Shown piece by piece: positions 11,693 through 23,500 of a stretch of 64,000 nucleotides of DNA; within the stretch, counting starts at the first letter, position 1, and each line of letters starts with the position of its first letter. Made by a program: the position numbers and the translations under genes. The notes under the pieces were generated by a model. The model had not been told where the DNA came from. It saw only the letters and a program-made list of their open reading frames with translations, and searched no databases. The stretch comes from an uncultured candidatus Porisulfidus sp. (GTDB lineage: Bacteria; Pseudomonadota; Gammaproteobacteria; Poriferisulfidales; Poriferisulfidaceae): assembly GCA_965116025.1 (NCBI GenBank), contig OZ220480.1:1216001-1280000 (forward strand), in the 5' to 3' direction.

Positions 11693-11865
11693 TGACTATG
11701 AGGAGGGTCGGCGGGCGAGAGCGCGGGCGAGTGGAAAATTGCTCGCGCGCATTCTACCAGAGCCCGCGCTTTCCCGCGTCCGGAGGGCCGCCTTGGAACG
11801 CGCGCGGAAGAGCCGGCAAGAGAGCGATGAATGGCGATCTGGCCGTCGCCGAGAGCGTGGTCGCG

Positions 11866-11942
11866 TGGTGGCTATGGGTGGACTCGAACCACCGACCTTG
11901 GCATTATGAGTGCCACGCTCTAACCAGCTGAGCTACATAGCC
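11866..11942 (-). tRNA. tRNA-Met(CAT), elongator type
   Basis: GGCTATGTAGCTCAGCTGGTTAGAGC..CTCATAA..GGTTCGAGTCC..ATAGCCACCA; 77 nt, encoded CCA, paired G1:C72. Confidence 0.93.
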
Positions 11943-11952
11943 AGACGCGCGC

Positions 11953-11958
11953 ATTATA
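11953..11958 (-). promoter_or_regulatory. Putative -10 box (TATAAT) of the tRNA-Met promoter
   Basis: Perfect TATAAT followed by a GC-rich discriminator just upstream of the tRNA; overlaps the PPTase stop codon. Confidence 0.5.
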
Positions 11959-12616
11959 AGGGGGGACGAGCGGCGCGCGGCTCGACATGGCGGGCGAGCG
12001 CGACGATTCGCGAGCCGGCGACGACCGAGACCCGCGCGCGGAGGCCGTTCTCCAGGAGCGCCTCTCCAGAGTCCAGGCGGACCTCGATGTCCTGGAAGCC
12101 GACGCGCCGCCCCGCGCTCGCGCGGAGCGCCTTGTAGACCGCCTCCTTGGCGCAGAACAGAACGCGGCTTCCCAAAAGGCGGGAGTCGTATCTGGCGCGC
12201 TCGCCGGGGGTCGCGACCGCGTTGATCAACTTGGGGGGAAGAGGCTCCGCCGGCTCGACGTCGATGCCGATCGAGACGTCGCCGGAGGAGGGCAGGACGG
12301 CGGCGACGGCGAACCGACGGTCGTGCGCCAGGGATCCGGCGAAGCCGTCCGGCCATTGGGGCGCGCCGCTCGCCAGCCGGGGCAATTCCGCGGCGGGCCG
12401 CCCCAACCGCGCGAGCAAGCTCCGCGCCGCGATCCGCGCCGCGCCGCTCTGCCTGCGGATCTTCAGAGTCGCGCGCTCGATCCCCGCGCGTTCGGATGGC
12501 AGCAGCGCGTCCTCATCCCCGGGCGTGATGATGCGATAGCCCAGCAACAGCCCCGGCGCCCGCAACGCGCGCAAGTCGCGCTCCATCCCGGGATCGGTCG
12601 CGTCGGTCTCCGCCAT
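11954..12616 (-). CDS. 4'-phosphopantetheinyl transferase (EntD/Sfp-like)
   Basis: GAPQWPDGFAGSLAH, IGIDVE, LFCAKEAVYKA; ATG 12616 overlaps the upstream stop (TGATG). Confidence 0.88.
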   Translation of the reverse strand: MAETDATDPGMERDLRALRAPGLLLGYRIITPGDEDALLPSERAGIERATLKIRRQSGAARIAARSLLARLGRPAAELPRLASGAPQWPDGFAGSLAHDRRFAVAAVLPSSGDVSIGIDVEPAEPLPPKLINAVATPGERARYDSRLLGSRVLFCAKEAVYKALRASAGRRVGFQDIEVRLDSGEALLENGLRARVSVVAGSRIVALARHVEPRAARPPL

Positions 12617-13275
12617 CAGCGTCCGGCCTCCGCGGGCGAGGTCCCGTAAATCCGGTCCATGCCCTTGAGGAATTCCGCCTCCCCGCCATGACCGGGATGT
12701 CGCGTCGCTTGGCATCGCAGGCCAAATCCGTCCAGCGCCTCCTCGGCGTCTCTGCCGATCGCCACGAGACGCCGGGGCTGGAGCAGGTCCAGCAGAGCGG
12801 GGAGAACGTCCCGGCAGGCCTGGCGCTCGGCGCGGGTGTGGCGCCGGTTGGAAAGGATCTCTCCGGGCCGGAATGGATGCAGGGGAAAGACGTTCCAGAA
12901 GAAGACGCGCCAGGGGATCCGGGAGCGGGCTTTCCAGACCGCGGCGGAGGTCCGCTCCGCGACGGGCGGCCCCATGGTGGCGCGCCGCAGGACGATCCCG
13001 CCATAGTCCCGCGCGAGGAGCGGGAGGCGCTCCTCGTCGGTCAGAGGCAATCCGGCGCGGCGCCCGCCCCGATGGCCGAGGTCCCGGGCGATCCAGAGGG
13101 AATCCACGGGCGCGCGCGTCGCCGCCTCCATCAAGGCGCGCAGGTTGGCGCGCCGCCGCGCGACGGCGTCGGCGCGGTCGCGCGCGGGACAACGCTCGCC
13201 GTACGGGTTGAAAACTCCGTCCAGGCGGATCCGGCTCAGCGCCTGGACGAGAGAGCGGGGAGTCATGGAGGCCAT
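12616..13275 (-). CDS. Uracil-DNA glycosylase-like family protein
   Basis: VFNPY, RDLGHRGGRRAGLPLTDE, WNVFPLHP, SNRRH, RHPGHGG; start at 13275 or 13266. Confidence 0.8.
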   Translation of the reverse strand: MASMTPRSLVQALSRIRLDGVFNPYGERCPARDRADAVARRRANLRALMEAATRAPVDSLWIARDLGHRGGRRAGLPLTDEERLPLLARDYGGIVLRRATMGPPVAERTSAAVWKARSRIPWRVFFWNVFPLHPFRPGEILSNRRHTRAERQACRDVLPALLDLLQPRRLVAIGRDAEEALDGFGLRCQATRHPGHGGEAEFLKGMDRIYGTSPAEAGR

Positions 13276-13506
13276 TAAAGCGCTCGCCGCCTTTCCGCTC
13301 GCGTCCCGCGCTCGTGGAGCCAAGCCGGGACCGACTTGATTTCTTGATGATTCAAACGTTTAAGATTCGCGTTCCTAGGTTGTGCTAGGCTATGAAACAT
13401 GCTCACGCCCCTCCGACGACGGAATAGACGAGGCGGCTCATGATCATTCGTTCGCCCACGGTCGGGATATGAATAAGGCGACTCGACCGGGCTAAGCAGG
13501 AGCGTT

Positions 13507-14019
13507 ATGCTTGAGACAGCGATCCAACTCGTCGCCGCGATGGCGATCACGGGGTTCCTTTGGAACCTTCACCGAGACTCGGACAGACTCCACCGAGACA
13601 TGGCGGAGTTTCGCGAGGATGTCAACCAAGGCATCGCGGGCCTTCGCCAAGAGACCGGTCGGGACATGGCCGACCTTCGCAGGGAGATGGCCGAGCATCG
13701 CCGAGCGATGGACCAGGACATGGTTGGCCTCCGCAAGGAGATGGCGGAGCATCGCCAGGCGATGGATCAGGACATGGCCGGCCTCCGCAAGGAGATGGCC
13801 GAGCACCGCCAGGCGATGGACCAGGACATGGCCGGCCTCCGCAAGGATATGACTGATCATCGCCTGGAGACCAGCCGGGATATCGCCAGCCTTCGCGAGG
13901 ACGCGACTAGCCATCGCTTGGAGACCGGCCGGGATATGGCCGACCTTCGCGAGCGGATGGTGCGGGTGGAAAGCTTGCTGGAAGATATCGCCGGGCGTCC
14001 TCGGGAATCGCGATCCTGA
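13507..14019 (+). CDS. Membrane-anchored coiled-coil protein with 18-aa repeats
   Basis: AGGAG RBS, hydrophobic N-terminus, repeated DMAGLRKEMAEHRQAMDQ. Confidence 0.75.
   Translation: MLETAIQLVAAMAITGFLWNLHRDSDRLHRDMAEFREDVNQGIAGLRQETGRDMADLRREMAEHRRAMDQDMVGLRKEMAEHRQAMDQDMAGLRKEMAEHRQAMDQDMAGLRKDMTDHRLETSRDIASLREDATSHRLETGRDMADLRERMVRVESLLEDIAGRPRESRS
13663..13950 (+). repeat. 54-bp intragenic tandem repeat, about 5 units, central ones near-identical
   Basis: Unit GACATGGCCGGCCTCCGCAAGGAGATGGCCGAGCACCGCCAGGCGATGGACCAG and degenerate copies. Confidence 0.88.
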
Positions 14020-14125
14020 TCCGGCGGCCCGCGTGGGCGGGCGCGGCCTCGAAATTCCGCCGGGGCACGCGCGCCTGTACTATACTTGATTGGCTAGGTT
14101 CGCTAGCCGTCTGCGGGAGCGCGTG

Positions 14126-17100
14126 ATGTCGACGAGTCGGATGCCGGAGGGCAGCTTGCATCGTCCCGAGTTCGAGCGGGACGGGTGCGGTTTTGGCCTG
14201 ATCGCGCACATGGATGGCGAGGCCAGTCACGATCTCGTGCGGACCGCGATTCGCGCTCTGGAGCGAATGACCCACCGTGGCGCCATCGCCGCCGACGGCA
14301 AAACCGGCGACGGTTGCGGCCTGCTGCTCAAGATCTCTCCCCGGTTCTTCCGCGCCGTCGCGAAGCGCGCCGATATTGATTTGGGCGCGGACAACGCGCT
14401 GGGCATGGTGTTCCTGAGCCGCGACGAGGCCCGCGCGAAAGCGGGAAGGGAAGCTCTCGAGAAGAGTCTGGTCGAGCGAGGATTCCGGCCACGGGGCTGG
14501 CGGGTGGTGCCCGTGGATCCGGATGCGCTCGGAGAGCAGGCCCGCGCGTCGATGCCGCGCGTCGAGCAGCTGTTCGTCGATCTGCGCGGCGGGGATCCCC
14601 AGCACAGCGACGCGCCTTTGCTGCTGGCGCGCCGGAACGCGGAGGAGGCGATGAAGGAGGATCCGGATTTCTACGTCTGCAGCCTGTCTCCCCACGTGGT
14701 CAGTTACAAGGGCCTGATGATGCCGGAGTGGTTGCCACGGTTCTACGCCGACCTGAACGACCCGGAGCTGGCGTCCTCGATCTGCGTTTTCCACCAGCGA
14801 TTCTCCACCAACACGTCCCCGCGGTGGGCCTTGGCCCAACCGTTCCGCTATCTGGCGCACAACGGAGAGATCAACACCATCCGGGGGAATCGAAACTGGG
14901 CCGAGGCCCGGGCGCATACGTTCAGCAGCGAGAGCCTGCCGGGCCTGGAGCGGCTGCGGCCGTTGGTCTCCGCGGAGGGATCGGATTCCTGCTCCCTGGA
15001 CAACATGCTGGAGATTCTGCACGCTGGTGGGATCGATATCTTTCGGGCGATGCGGCTGCTGATTCCGCCCGCTTGGCAGAACGCGGTGGGCATGGACACG
15101 GATCTGCGGGCGTTCTACGAATACAGCTCCATGCACATGGAGCCGTGGGACGGCCCGGCCGGGATCGTGCTGACCGACGGTCGCTACGCGGCTTGCGTCC
15201 TGGACCGCAACGGGCTGCGCCCGGCCCGCTACGTGATCACCCGGGACCGGCGCGTCATGCTGGCTTCCGAGATCGGGGTGCACGATTTCGCGGACGCCGA
15301 CGTTGTGGAGAAGGGGCGGCTGGGTCCTGGCGAGATGCTGGCCGTCGACACCCGCACGGGCGAGCTGCTGACCTCCCAGAAGATCGACCGCATCAACAGC
15401 GTCCGGAATCCTTATTGGCAGTGGTTGCGCGCGGGGTCCCGCCAGGTGCGGTCCCTGACCAGCCATCGGGTGCCGGAGTGGAAGGCGCTTCCGGTCGCGG
15501 ACCTGCGACATTACGAGAAGATGTTCGATATCAGCCACGAGGAGCGCGAGCAGGCGTTGCGCGCGCTGGCCGATCTGGGACAGGAGGCGGTCGGATCGAT
15601 GGGGGACGACACGCCCTTGCCGGTGATGTCCAGCCGGGTCCGATCGCTCTACGACTACTTCCGGCAGCAGTTCGCGCAGGTCACCAACCCCGCCATCGAC
15701 TCGCTGCGCGAGAAGGTCGTGATGTCGCTGGAGACCTGCTTCGGCCCTGAGCTGAATCTGTTCGACGAGACGATGAGCCATGCTACGCGACTGGTGTCGG
15801 AATCGCCCGTGCTGCCGCACAAGAAGTTCGAGCATTTGAAAGCGATCGACGATCCTGGTTATCGGCCTCTTCGCGTCGACCTGAACCACGACGAGAGCCG
15901 CGATCTGGAGGAAGTGGTCCGCGAGATCGCGGAGCGGGCGGTGCGGGGGGTTCGGGACGGGGCCGCGCTCGTCATCCTGTCCGACCGCGATCTCGCTCCC
16001 GGCAAGATTCCGGCGCACGCGCTTCTGGCGACGGGCGCCGTGCACCACGCGCTGATCCGCGAGGGCTTGCGCTGCCGGGCCAACATCGTCGTCGACACGG
16101 GCACCGCGCGCGACCCGCACCATTTCGCGGCGCTGATCGGCTACGGCGCGACCGCGGTCCATCCGTATCTCGCGTTGCAGTCGCTGTTCGACATGGCGCG
16201 CCAGGGCGAGATCGCCAAGGACGCGTTCTCCGTGGTCGAGCGCAACTATTGCCGTGGCATCGACAAGGGATTGCTCAAGATCTGCTCCAAGATGGGAATC
16301 TCGGCGATCACCAGCTACCGGGGCGCGCAACTGTTCGAGATCGTGGGCCTGGCCAGCGAGGTGGTGGACCTTTGCTTCGTGGGGTCGGTCAGCCGCGTCG
16401 AGGGCGCGGGCTTCGAGGATCTGGTCGCTGGGCAGAGACGGCTCGCGGCCCGCGCTTGGAGCCGGCGGGGGTTGCGGCAGGGGGGCTTGCTGAAATACGT
16501 GCATGGCGAGGAATACCACGCGTTCCACCCGGATGTCGTGCATGCCCTGCAGGCCGCCGCGCGCAGCGGCGCGATGGAGGACTACCGAACGTTTCGGGAT
16601 CTGGTGAACCGCCGCGAGCCGATGGCGTTGCGCGACTTGTTGCGATTGCGCGAGGGCGTCGAGCCGATTCCGATTGAGGAGGTGGAGTCGGTGGAGGAGA
16701 TCACCCCGCGTTTCGACTCGGCTGGCATGTCGCTCGGCGCGCTGTCGCCCGACGCCCACGAGACCTTGGCGACGGCCATGAACCGCTTGGGCGCGCGCTC
16801 TAATTCCGGCGAGGGCGGCGAGGACGCGGCGCGCTACGGAACCGATCGGACTTCCCGGATCAAGCAGGTGGCCTCCGGGCGCTTCGGCGTCACGCCGGAG
16901 TACCTGGTCAACGCCGAGGTTCTGCAGATCAAGATCGCCCAAGGAGCCAAGCCAGGCGAGGGCGGGCAGTTGCCGGGCCGCAAGGTGAACGATCTGATCG
17001 CTCGGTTGCGACACTGCGATCCGGGCGTGACCTTGATCTCCCCGCCGCCGCACCACGACATCTATTCGATCGAGGACCTGGCCCAGCTGATCTTCGACCT

Positions 17101-18586
17101 CAAGCAGGTCAACCCGCGGGCCTTGGTGTCGGTGAAGCTGGTCGCCTCCGCTGGCGTCGGCACCATCGCCGCCGGAGTGGCCAAGGCGTACGCGGACCTG
17201 ATCACGATTTCCGGTTACGACGGCGGGACTGGAGCTAGCCCCCTGACCAGCATCAAGTACGCTGGCGGACCGTGGGAGATGGGCGTCAGCGAGGCGCAGG
17301 TGGCCCTGCGCGCCAACCGGCTGCGCGACAAGATCCGCCTGCAGGCCGACGGCGGCCTCAAGACCGGGCTGGACGTGATCAAGGCGGCCATTCTGGGCGC
17401 GGAAAGTTTCGGCTTCGGCACCGCCCCCATGATCGCCATGGGCTGCAAATATCTGCGGATCTGTCATCTCAACAACTGCGCCACCGGCGTCGCCACCCAG
17501 AACTTGGTCCTGCGGCGAGACCATTTCGTCGGTGAGGCGGATATGGTGGTCAACTACTTCACGTTGGTCGCCCAGGAAGTCCGGGAATGGATGGCGGCGC
17601 TGGGCGCGCGGCGCCTGGTCGACTTGATCGGACGCTCGGATCTGCTCGAGATTAGCCCCGGCGTCACGGACCGGCAGCGCGGCTTGCGGTTGGAGCCGTT
17701 GCTGTCCGACGGAGGAGTCCCGGCCGACGTGCCGCGCTACTGCCAAGTCGAAAGCAACCCTTCCTTCGACCGAGGAGAACTGGCTGAGCGGATGGCGCGG
17801 GAAGCCCGCCCGGTGATCGAGAGCATGGCGGGCGGCGAGTTTCGGTACCAGATCGACAACACCAATCGCTCGATCGGCGCGCGGGTGTCGGGAGAGATCG
17901 CGCGACGCCATGGCGACCGCGGGATGCGCGCCGCGCCGCTGGTGGTGCGCCTGACCGGCACGGCGGGGCAAAGCCTCGGGGCCTGGAACGCGGACGGGCT
18001 GCACCTCCACCTGCAGGGCGACGCCAACGACTATGTCGGCAAGGGCATGGCTGGCGGAAAGCTGACGTTGCGACCAGACCCGGATCTGGCGCTTCCGACG
18101 CATCGGACGCCTATCATGGGGAACACTTGTCTGTACGGAGCCACAGGGGGCAAGCTGTTCGCCGCCGGCGCCGCCGGGGAGCGCTTCGCCATCCGCAACT
18201 CGGGCGCCGTGGCCGTGGTCGAGGGCGTCGGCGACCACGGTTGCGAGTACATGACGGGAGGCGCGGTCGTCATTCTGGGCGAGACCGGGATCAATTTCGG
18301 CGCCGGCATGACCGGCGGCTTCGCGCTGGTGCTCGATGAGCGCGAAGACTTTCCCCAACGCGGCAATGGCGAGATGATCGAATGGCGACCCTTGAGCTCC
18401 GAGGAGTGCGGGGATTACGTCCAGTACCTTCGTGGAATGCTGATGGAGCATAGCGGCGAGACCGGCAGCGCGCGGGCGCGGGGGATCCTGGAGCGGCTGG
18501 AGGACTGGTTGCCGAGGTTCTGGCTCGTGGCGCCGAAGGAGGCCCGGCTCGACGCCTTGCTGGACGGGTACCGGGAGGCGGCCTGA
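14126..18586 (+). CDS. gltB: Glutamate synthase large subunit
   Basis: Propeptide then [72 protein letters not shown]. Confidence 0.98.
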   Translation: MSTSRMPEGSLHRPEFERDGCGFGLIAHMDGEASHDLVRTAIRALERMTHRGAIAADGKTGDGCGLLLKISPRFFRAVAKRADIDLGADNALGMVFLSRDEARAKAGREALEKSLVERGFRPRGWRVVPVDPDALGEQARASMPRVEQLFVDLRGGDPQHSDAPLLLARRNAEEAMKEDPDFYVCSLSPHVVSYKGLMMPEWLPRFYADLNDPELASSICVFHQRFSTNTSPRWALAQPFRYLAHNGEINTIRGNRNWAEARAHTFSSESLPGLERLRPLVSAEGSDSCSLDNMLEILHAGGIDIFRAMRLLIPPAWQNAVGMDTDLRAFYEYSSMHMEPWDGPAGIVLTDGRYAACVLDRNGLRPARYVITRDRRVMLASEIGVHDFADADVVEKGRLGPGEMLAVDTRTGELLTSQKIDRINSVRNPYWQWLRAGSRQVRSLTSHRVPEWKALPVADLRHYEKMFDISHEEREQALRALADLGQEAVGSMGDDTPLPVMSSRVRSLYDYFRQQFAQVTNPAIDSLREKVVMSLETCFGPELNLFDETMSHATRLVSESPVLPHKKFEHLKAIDDPGYRPLRVDLNHDESRDLEEVVREIAERAVRGVRDGAALVILSDRDLAPGKIPAHALLATGAVHHALIREGLRCRANIVVDTGTARDPHHFAALIGYGATAVHPYLALQSLFDMARQGEIAKDAFSVVERNYCRGIDKGLLKICSKMGISAITSYRGAQLFEIVGLASEVVDLCFVGSVSRVEGAGFEDLVAGQRRLAARAWSRRGLRQGGLLKYVHGEEYHAFHPDVVHALQAAARSGAMEDYRTFRDLVNRREPMALRDLLRLREGVEPIPIEEVESVEEITPRFDSAGMSLGALSPDAHETLATAMNRLGARSNSGEGGEDAARYGTDRTSRIKQVASGRFGVTPEYLVNAEVLQIKIAQGAKPGEGGQLPGRKVNDLIARLRHCDPGVTLISPPPHHDIYSIEDLAQLIFDLKQVNPRALVSVKLVASAGVGTIAAGVAKAYADLITISGYDGGTGASPLTSIKYAGGPWEMGVSEAQVALRANRLRDKIRLQADGGLKTGLDVIKAAILGAESFGFGTAPMIAMGCKYLRICHLNNCATGVATQNLVLRRDHFVGEADMVVNYFTLVAQEVREWMAALGARRLVDLIGRSDLLEISPGVTDRQRGLRLEPLLSDGGVPADVPRYCQVESNPSFDRGELAERMAREARPVIESMAGGEFRYQIDNTNRSIGARVSGEIARRHGDRGMRAAPLVVRLTGTAGQSLGAWNADGLHLHLQGDANDYVGKGMAGGKLTLRPDPDLALPTHRTPIMGNTCLYGATGGKLFAAGAAGERFAIRNSGAVAVVEGVGDHGCEYMTGGAVVILGETGINFGAGMTGGFALVLDEREDFPQRGNGEMIEWRPLSSEECGDYVQYLRGMLMEHSGETGSARARGILERLEDWLPRFWLVAPKEARLDALLDGYREAA

Positions 18587-18612
18587 TCCGGGCCCCGGTC
18601 CCGCGCGACGCC

Positions 18613-20379
18613 ATGGCCGGACGCATCCCACCCGAGTTCCTCCAGCAACTGCTGGCCCGGACCGATCTGGCCGAGGTGATCGGCCGCTACGTCACGCTCG
18701 AGAAGGCCGGGGCGGAGTTCAAGGCCTGTTGCCCGTTTCACAACGAGAAGACTCCCTCGTTCACGGTCAGCCCGCGCAAGGGCTTCTACCACTGCTTCGG
18801 TTGCGGCGCGCACGGAACCGCGATCTCGTTTTTGATGGAGCATGCCCGATACTCGTTTCACGACGCGGTCGAAGAGCTGGCTCAGCGGGCCGGGATGCAG
18901 GTCCCGCGCGCGGGCGGGAGCGCCGCGCCGCGCCAAGATCTGGATCCTCTGTACGAATGCATGGAAGCCGCGTGCGAGTTTTACGAGCGAACCTTGGCCG
19001 AGTCCGGGCCGGCGCGGGCGTACGCCCGCGAGCGCGGGCTTTCGGACGAGATCCTCAAGGAGTACCGAATCGGCTTCGCGCCCCCGGGGTTCGAGGGAAT
19101 CGGGAAGGGCCTGTCGAAGCGGTTCTCTCCCGAGCTGCTGCTGCGGGCGGGCTTGCTGGCGGAGAAGAACGGGCGGGCTTACGACAAATTCCGCAACCGC
19201 CTGATGTTCCCGATCCGGGACGGGCGCGGGCGAACGCTCGGATTCGGTGGGCGGATCATCGACCCCGAGGACAAGCCGAAATACATGAACTCGCCGGAGA
19301 CTCCGCTGTTCCACAAGAAGCGCGTCCTGTACGGCGCGCATGAGCTGCAGCGACGGCGCGGAAATCCCCGGCATCTGATTCTGACGGAAGGATACATGGA
19401 CGTGGTCAGTCTGGCGCAGGCGGGGGCCCGCAACGCCCTCGCCACCCTGGGCACCGCCACGACCGAGGACCATGTCCGCCAGTTGGGCCGTTTCTGCCGC
19501 GCGTTCGTGTTCTGCTTCGACGGCGACCGGGCGGGCCAGGCCGCGGCCTGGCGCGCGTTAGAGAATCTGCTGCCGGTTTTGCGCGAGGGCGACGAGGCTC
19601 GCTTCGCGCATTTTCCGGAAGGGGAAGACCCGGACAGTTACGTCCGCGCCCACGGGATCGCTGGCTGGAAGATCTTCATTCGGAAGTCCATTCCGTTGGA
19701 GGATTATTTTTTCGCGCACTTGGAGCGAGACCTGAACCTGGACATGGCTTCCGGAAAAGCGGCGTTGGTCGCGCGCGCGCAACCGTTGCTGGAGAAGATC
19801 GGCGCGCCGGTCTTTCGCGACTTGTTGATCCAGAAATTATGCGAGACGACCGGGTTGCGGGAAGCTCAACTTCGCGTGAAGTCGGGAGTCGAGGCGCGGC
19901 CAGCCGCCCGAAGGCGCCGCCGGGTCTCGCCCGGCCGACCGTCAGCGGCGCGGGTGATGGTGCGCCTGTTGCTGGAGTACCCCGCGCTGGCCCGTCTTTC
20001 CTTGCCGCCCGAGGATCTAAGGCTGATCCCGGAGCCGGGGTTCGATCTGATCGCCATGATTGTGGAACTGGTGCACCGAAACCCCGAGATCACCGCCGCG
20101 GGGATCATCGAATCGTTCCATGGTCAGGACACGGAGCGGCACCTGATGAGCCTGATGGAGTGGATCCCGGCGGTATTGTCTGGCGTGAGGGAAGAGAATG
20201 ACATCTGGGATGATTTTGAGAGAGGCATGCGCAAGTTTCGGAAGAAATGCCTCAGGATGAAAATCAACTTTCTGATGGCTAGGCAGGTTGAGAAGGGGGA
20301 TCTGAGCGAGGAGGAAAAGGAGGTGTTGCGGGGGTTGCGCGAGGAGCTCAAGGCGATTCCGCCGGAGCTGGTCGCGTAG
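18613..20379 (+). CDS. dnaG: DNA primase
   Basis: CPFHNEKTPSF zinc finger, KYMNSPETPLF, EGYMDV, CFDGDRAG, EDPDS. Confidence 0.97.
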   Translation: MAGRIPPEFLQQLLARTDLAEVIGRYVTLEKAGAEFKACCPFHNEKTPSFTVSPRKGFYHCFGCGAHGTAISFLMEHARYSFHDAVEELAQRAGMQVPRAGGSAAPRQDLDPLYECMEAACEFYERTLAESGPARAYARERGLSDEILKEYRIGFAPPGFEGIGKGLSKRFSPELLLRAGLLAEKNGRAYDKFRNRLMFPIRDGRGRTLGFGGRIIDPEDKPKYMNSPETPLFHKKRVLYGAHELQRRRGNPRHLILTEGYMDVVSLAQAGARNALATLGTATTEDHVRQLGRFCRAFVFCFDGDRAGQAAAWRALENLLPVLREGDEARFAHFPEGEDPDSYVRAHGIAGWKIFIRKSIPLEDYFFAHLERDLNLDMASGKAALVARAQPLLEKIGAPVFRDLLIQKLCETTGLREAQLRVKSGVEARPAARRRRRVSPGRPSAARVMVRLLLEYPALARLSLPPEDLRLIPEPGFDLIAMIVELVHRNPEITAAGIIESFHGQDTERHLMSLMEWIPAVLSGVREENDIWDDFERGMRKFRKKCLRMKINFLMARQVEKGDLSEEEKEVLRGLREELKAIPPELVA

Positions 20380-20472
20380 ATTGTCCGCGTGAGCTCTCGC
20401 GGTTAGCGGTGGCGAGTCGCTCGTGAACGCGGGGAAGATCTAGATGGCGCCAGTCGGATAGGTGAACCGCGG

Positions 20473-20502
20473 CGCGGCCCCGGCTTGAGGGCCGGGGCCG
20501 CG
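20473..20502 (-). terminator. 12-bp GC-rich hairpin 3' of autotransporter 1
   Basis: CGCGGCCCCGGC-6 nt-GCCGGGGCCGCG between convergent dnaG and AT1; no clear U tail. Confidence 0.6.
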
Positions 20503-20514
20503 ATCACACGTCGA

Positions 20515-23500
20515 TCAGAAGCGAACCTTCAGCAGGACGCTCGCGCCGTAATCATGATTGTCGCCGTCCGACGCCGCGTAGTGAGCGTCCCCCGAGAGCG
20601 TCGACTCTCCCTTCTCATCCAAGACCATCACGCCCCCAACGCCCAATCGCGCCCAAGTCGACTCCACCTCCGAGCGAAGCCGCGACCCCGACGCCATGAC
20701 CTTCCGGCTCTCCGAGAACTCGCGCTCCACGTCCAATGAGGCGTACGTCTGGCCATTCTCCAGCAGCGCCCCAACCCGCGCCCGCACGCTGTCCTCCGAG
20801 CGGAACGACACCCGACCGCTCCCAGTGACACCCGACACGTCGTCAAAGCCGTCGATGTCCACCCAAGTCCACGTCAGTCCCCCGCGCGGAACCAGCGCGA
20901 AGCCGTCCCTCTCCATCCGCCTGCCGACCTCCACGCCGATCGCGTGACCCTCTCCATCCAACCCGGACGCCACCATCCCCCGAGTCTCCGAGCTCAGGTC
21001 GACATCCTCGAACCGCGTGTACGAGAGCTCCCCGTCCGCGTACCAGCCGTCCTCGCCCCGCCAAGTCGCCGAGGCGCCCACGCCCACGCCCGAGACCTCG
21101 ATCTTCCCGCCGCGCGCGACGTCCGCCTCGCCGTCCCGGTAATGCGCGCTCACGCCCAGCGTCACGCCCGGCAGATCCGTGGGAACGGCGAAGCCCGTCT
21201 CCACGCCCCAGCGCTCGAAGTCCCAGGATAGCGCGCGACCCGCATCGTCCATCTCGGTCGTGGATATATCCGCTTCCCGCTCGCCGTCGCTCGCCAAAAC
21301 CCGCGCCCACGCGCCCCCGCCATCTCGCGTCGCCGACAGCCGCGCCTGACGACCGTCGGAGCCGCTCATCTCCAGCAGCACCGACGGCAGCGCCTCGTAC
21401 ACCCGAGCCCGGGCGTGGTACGTCCGGCTGATTTCCCTCTCCACGCCCGCCTTGAACTGGTGCCCTCCCGTGATCGACCTCAGCGTGACCATCCGCTCGA
21501 ACACCGCGTCATACACCCCATGCGTCCCCGTCTTACCGGACGTCGCCTTCACCGCGTCCCCCACAGCGATCGCCTTCGTCATGCCCGCCGTCGACTCGCG
21601 CTGGAAGACGTTCGGCGTTTTATCGCCACTATTCAGGAATTTCCCCGTGATGAACGCGACCTGCCCATGCGCGTTCTCCTTCAGGGTGACATGCAGCGCC
21701 TTGTCCGCCCTCACCGCGGTCCCCGACGTCGCGCCGATCTCCGCCTTCGGCCCGATCACCAGCGTCCCGCCGTTCACCATCCGAACGCCGGCGTGCTCGC
21801 CGGCGCCGCCCATCACCTTGCCGTTGATGGTGACCGTCTGGTCGTAGTGACCCTTCCGGGCGTGGTCGGACGCGAACGTCCGCATGCCTTTGACATGCAC
21901 TCCGTCCTTCTTGGCTCGGATCGTCGCCATCTCCCCCACCGTGACGCTGATCTTCCCGGCTTTCGGCGCGTCCTCGTCCTCGTAGGCGGTGGCGGTCTCC
22001 GCGTAGACCCCATACCCATCCGCCGTGATCGCTCCGCCTGAAACATCGATCATGATCGGGATGATCGTCTCAATGTCCGGTATCTCCTCCGCGTCGTTCA
22101 AGTCTCTCACATAGGCGAGAATCCCGTCGCCCTTCGACGTGATGTCCGCCTTCGACTCGATCTCGATCTTCCCGATCTTGGCCTCGTAGGTGGAGGGGGC
22201 TTGAGAGTCGGCCGCCGTCTCGTCGGAAGCCGCCTGGGGCTCCGAGCCCCCATGAATGGCGAGAATGCCGGCGGTCCGGGGCTTCAGGTCCGCCAGCTCC
22301 GTCTTGTGATCCTCCGTGAGCGAGAAGAAGGCGTTAGGCTGGTCGCCCGCGACGATCTCTCCCGCCAGATGCTTCGCGACCACGTCGCCCTGACTGATAT
22401 GCAAAGCGAGGATCCCCGAGCCTTTCGCGTGGATGAAACCCTCGTTGGTGACCATGAGATCAATCTCGTTAGTCGCGTCTTCGGTCTCGACGAACACGCC
22501 GTTCTCGCCGACCGGCGTCTCCGCGGTCCCGATCCGCGCGCCGGACTCGATGTCCACTCGGGTCGTTCCCTCATCGACTTGGTTGCGAACGTACACGCCA
22601 TGGCCGCCAGCCTGAGCGATCACGCCCGCCAGGTCGATTTCGATATCGCCGCCCGCATGATTGGAATAAACATGGATCCCGTGAAGATCCTCCGCCTCCG
22701 TCTTGATCGTTCCCCCGGTCACCTTGACCGTGACCGGAACCACCGAATCGTCGTCCCCTCTCGTGTCGATATAAATGCCATTACTGCGGACGTCAATGTC
22801 GCCGCTCGAGACGATGGCGATCTCGCTGCTCGGAGACGCGGCGGTGCCCATGGTCGAATCCTGATGGAACACGTAAATGCCATGAAAATTGTAGTAATCG
22901 ATATCGCCGTCATACAGCGTGGCCTCTCCGCTCGGGGTGAGCGTTCGCGCGTACAAAGGCCGCTGCCTCAGGCTCCGGATCGTCCCGTGGTTCGTGACGC
23001 GGATGTCCCCTCCCTCTCCACTATTGGACTGATCGACTAAAATCCCCTTACTGGTCACGCTGCCCTTCGCCGTCTCGACGGCGACGTCTCCAGACCCCGC
23101 GTGGTACACGTAGATTCCTCGGTAATACCCGTAGATCTCGCCCCGGTTCACGATCAACATGTCGCCCTCGGCGGACGCGTCTCTGTAATACGCCCACACC
23201 CCATAACGCCCCACCGGAATCTCCTCGGTGCCGATCCGCGCATCAGCCTCGATCGCGATCTCGATCTTGTCCGTTCTCGAGTCCGAGCCGGCTCCGTCGT
23301 TCTCGACGACGATCCCGTAGTTTCTGCTGCCCCGCCGATACTGGGGAGCGATGAAGGTCGCGCTATACTGTTGGCCACCAGAAGAGTACGTGCCCGCCGT
23401 CGTCGTCCACCCCGCCTCGTTCACGATCCTCGCCTTGCCTTCTAGATTGACCGTCAGCTCCCCGCGACCGACCACGGCGATCCCGGAATTTCGGCCTCGG

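Noticed and set aside
11866-11942. tRNA-Met or tRNA-Leu as an island attachment site
   Set aside because: No duplicated tRNA 3' end seen by eye and no integrase nearby.
13330-13400. AT-rich stretch as a possible IS end
   Set aside because: No partner inverted repeat or transposase found; more simply a divergent promoter region.
13663-13950. Repeat array as a possible CRISPR
   Set aside because: No unique spacers; in-frame 54-bp coding repeat; no cas genes.
13907-18631. 1,574-aa antisense ORF over gltB, and similar ones over gyrA, rpsA, ftsH and purF
   Set aside because: Shadow ORFs of high-GC codon usage; no motifs, fully overlapping well-conserved genes.
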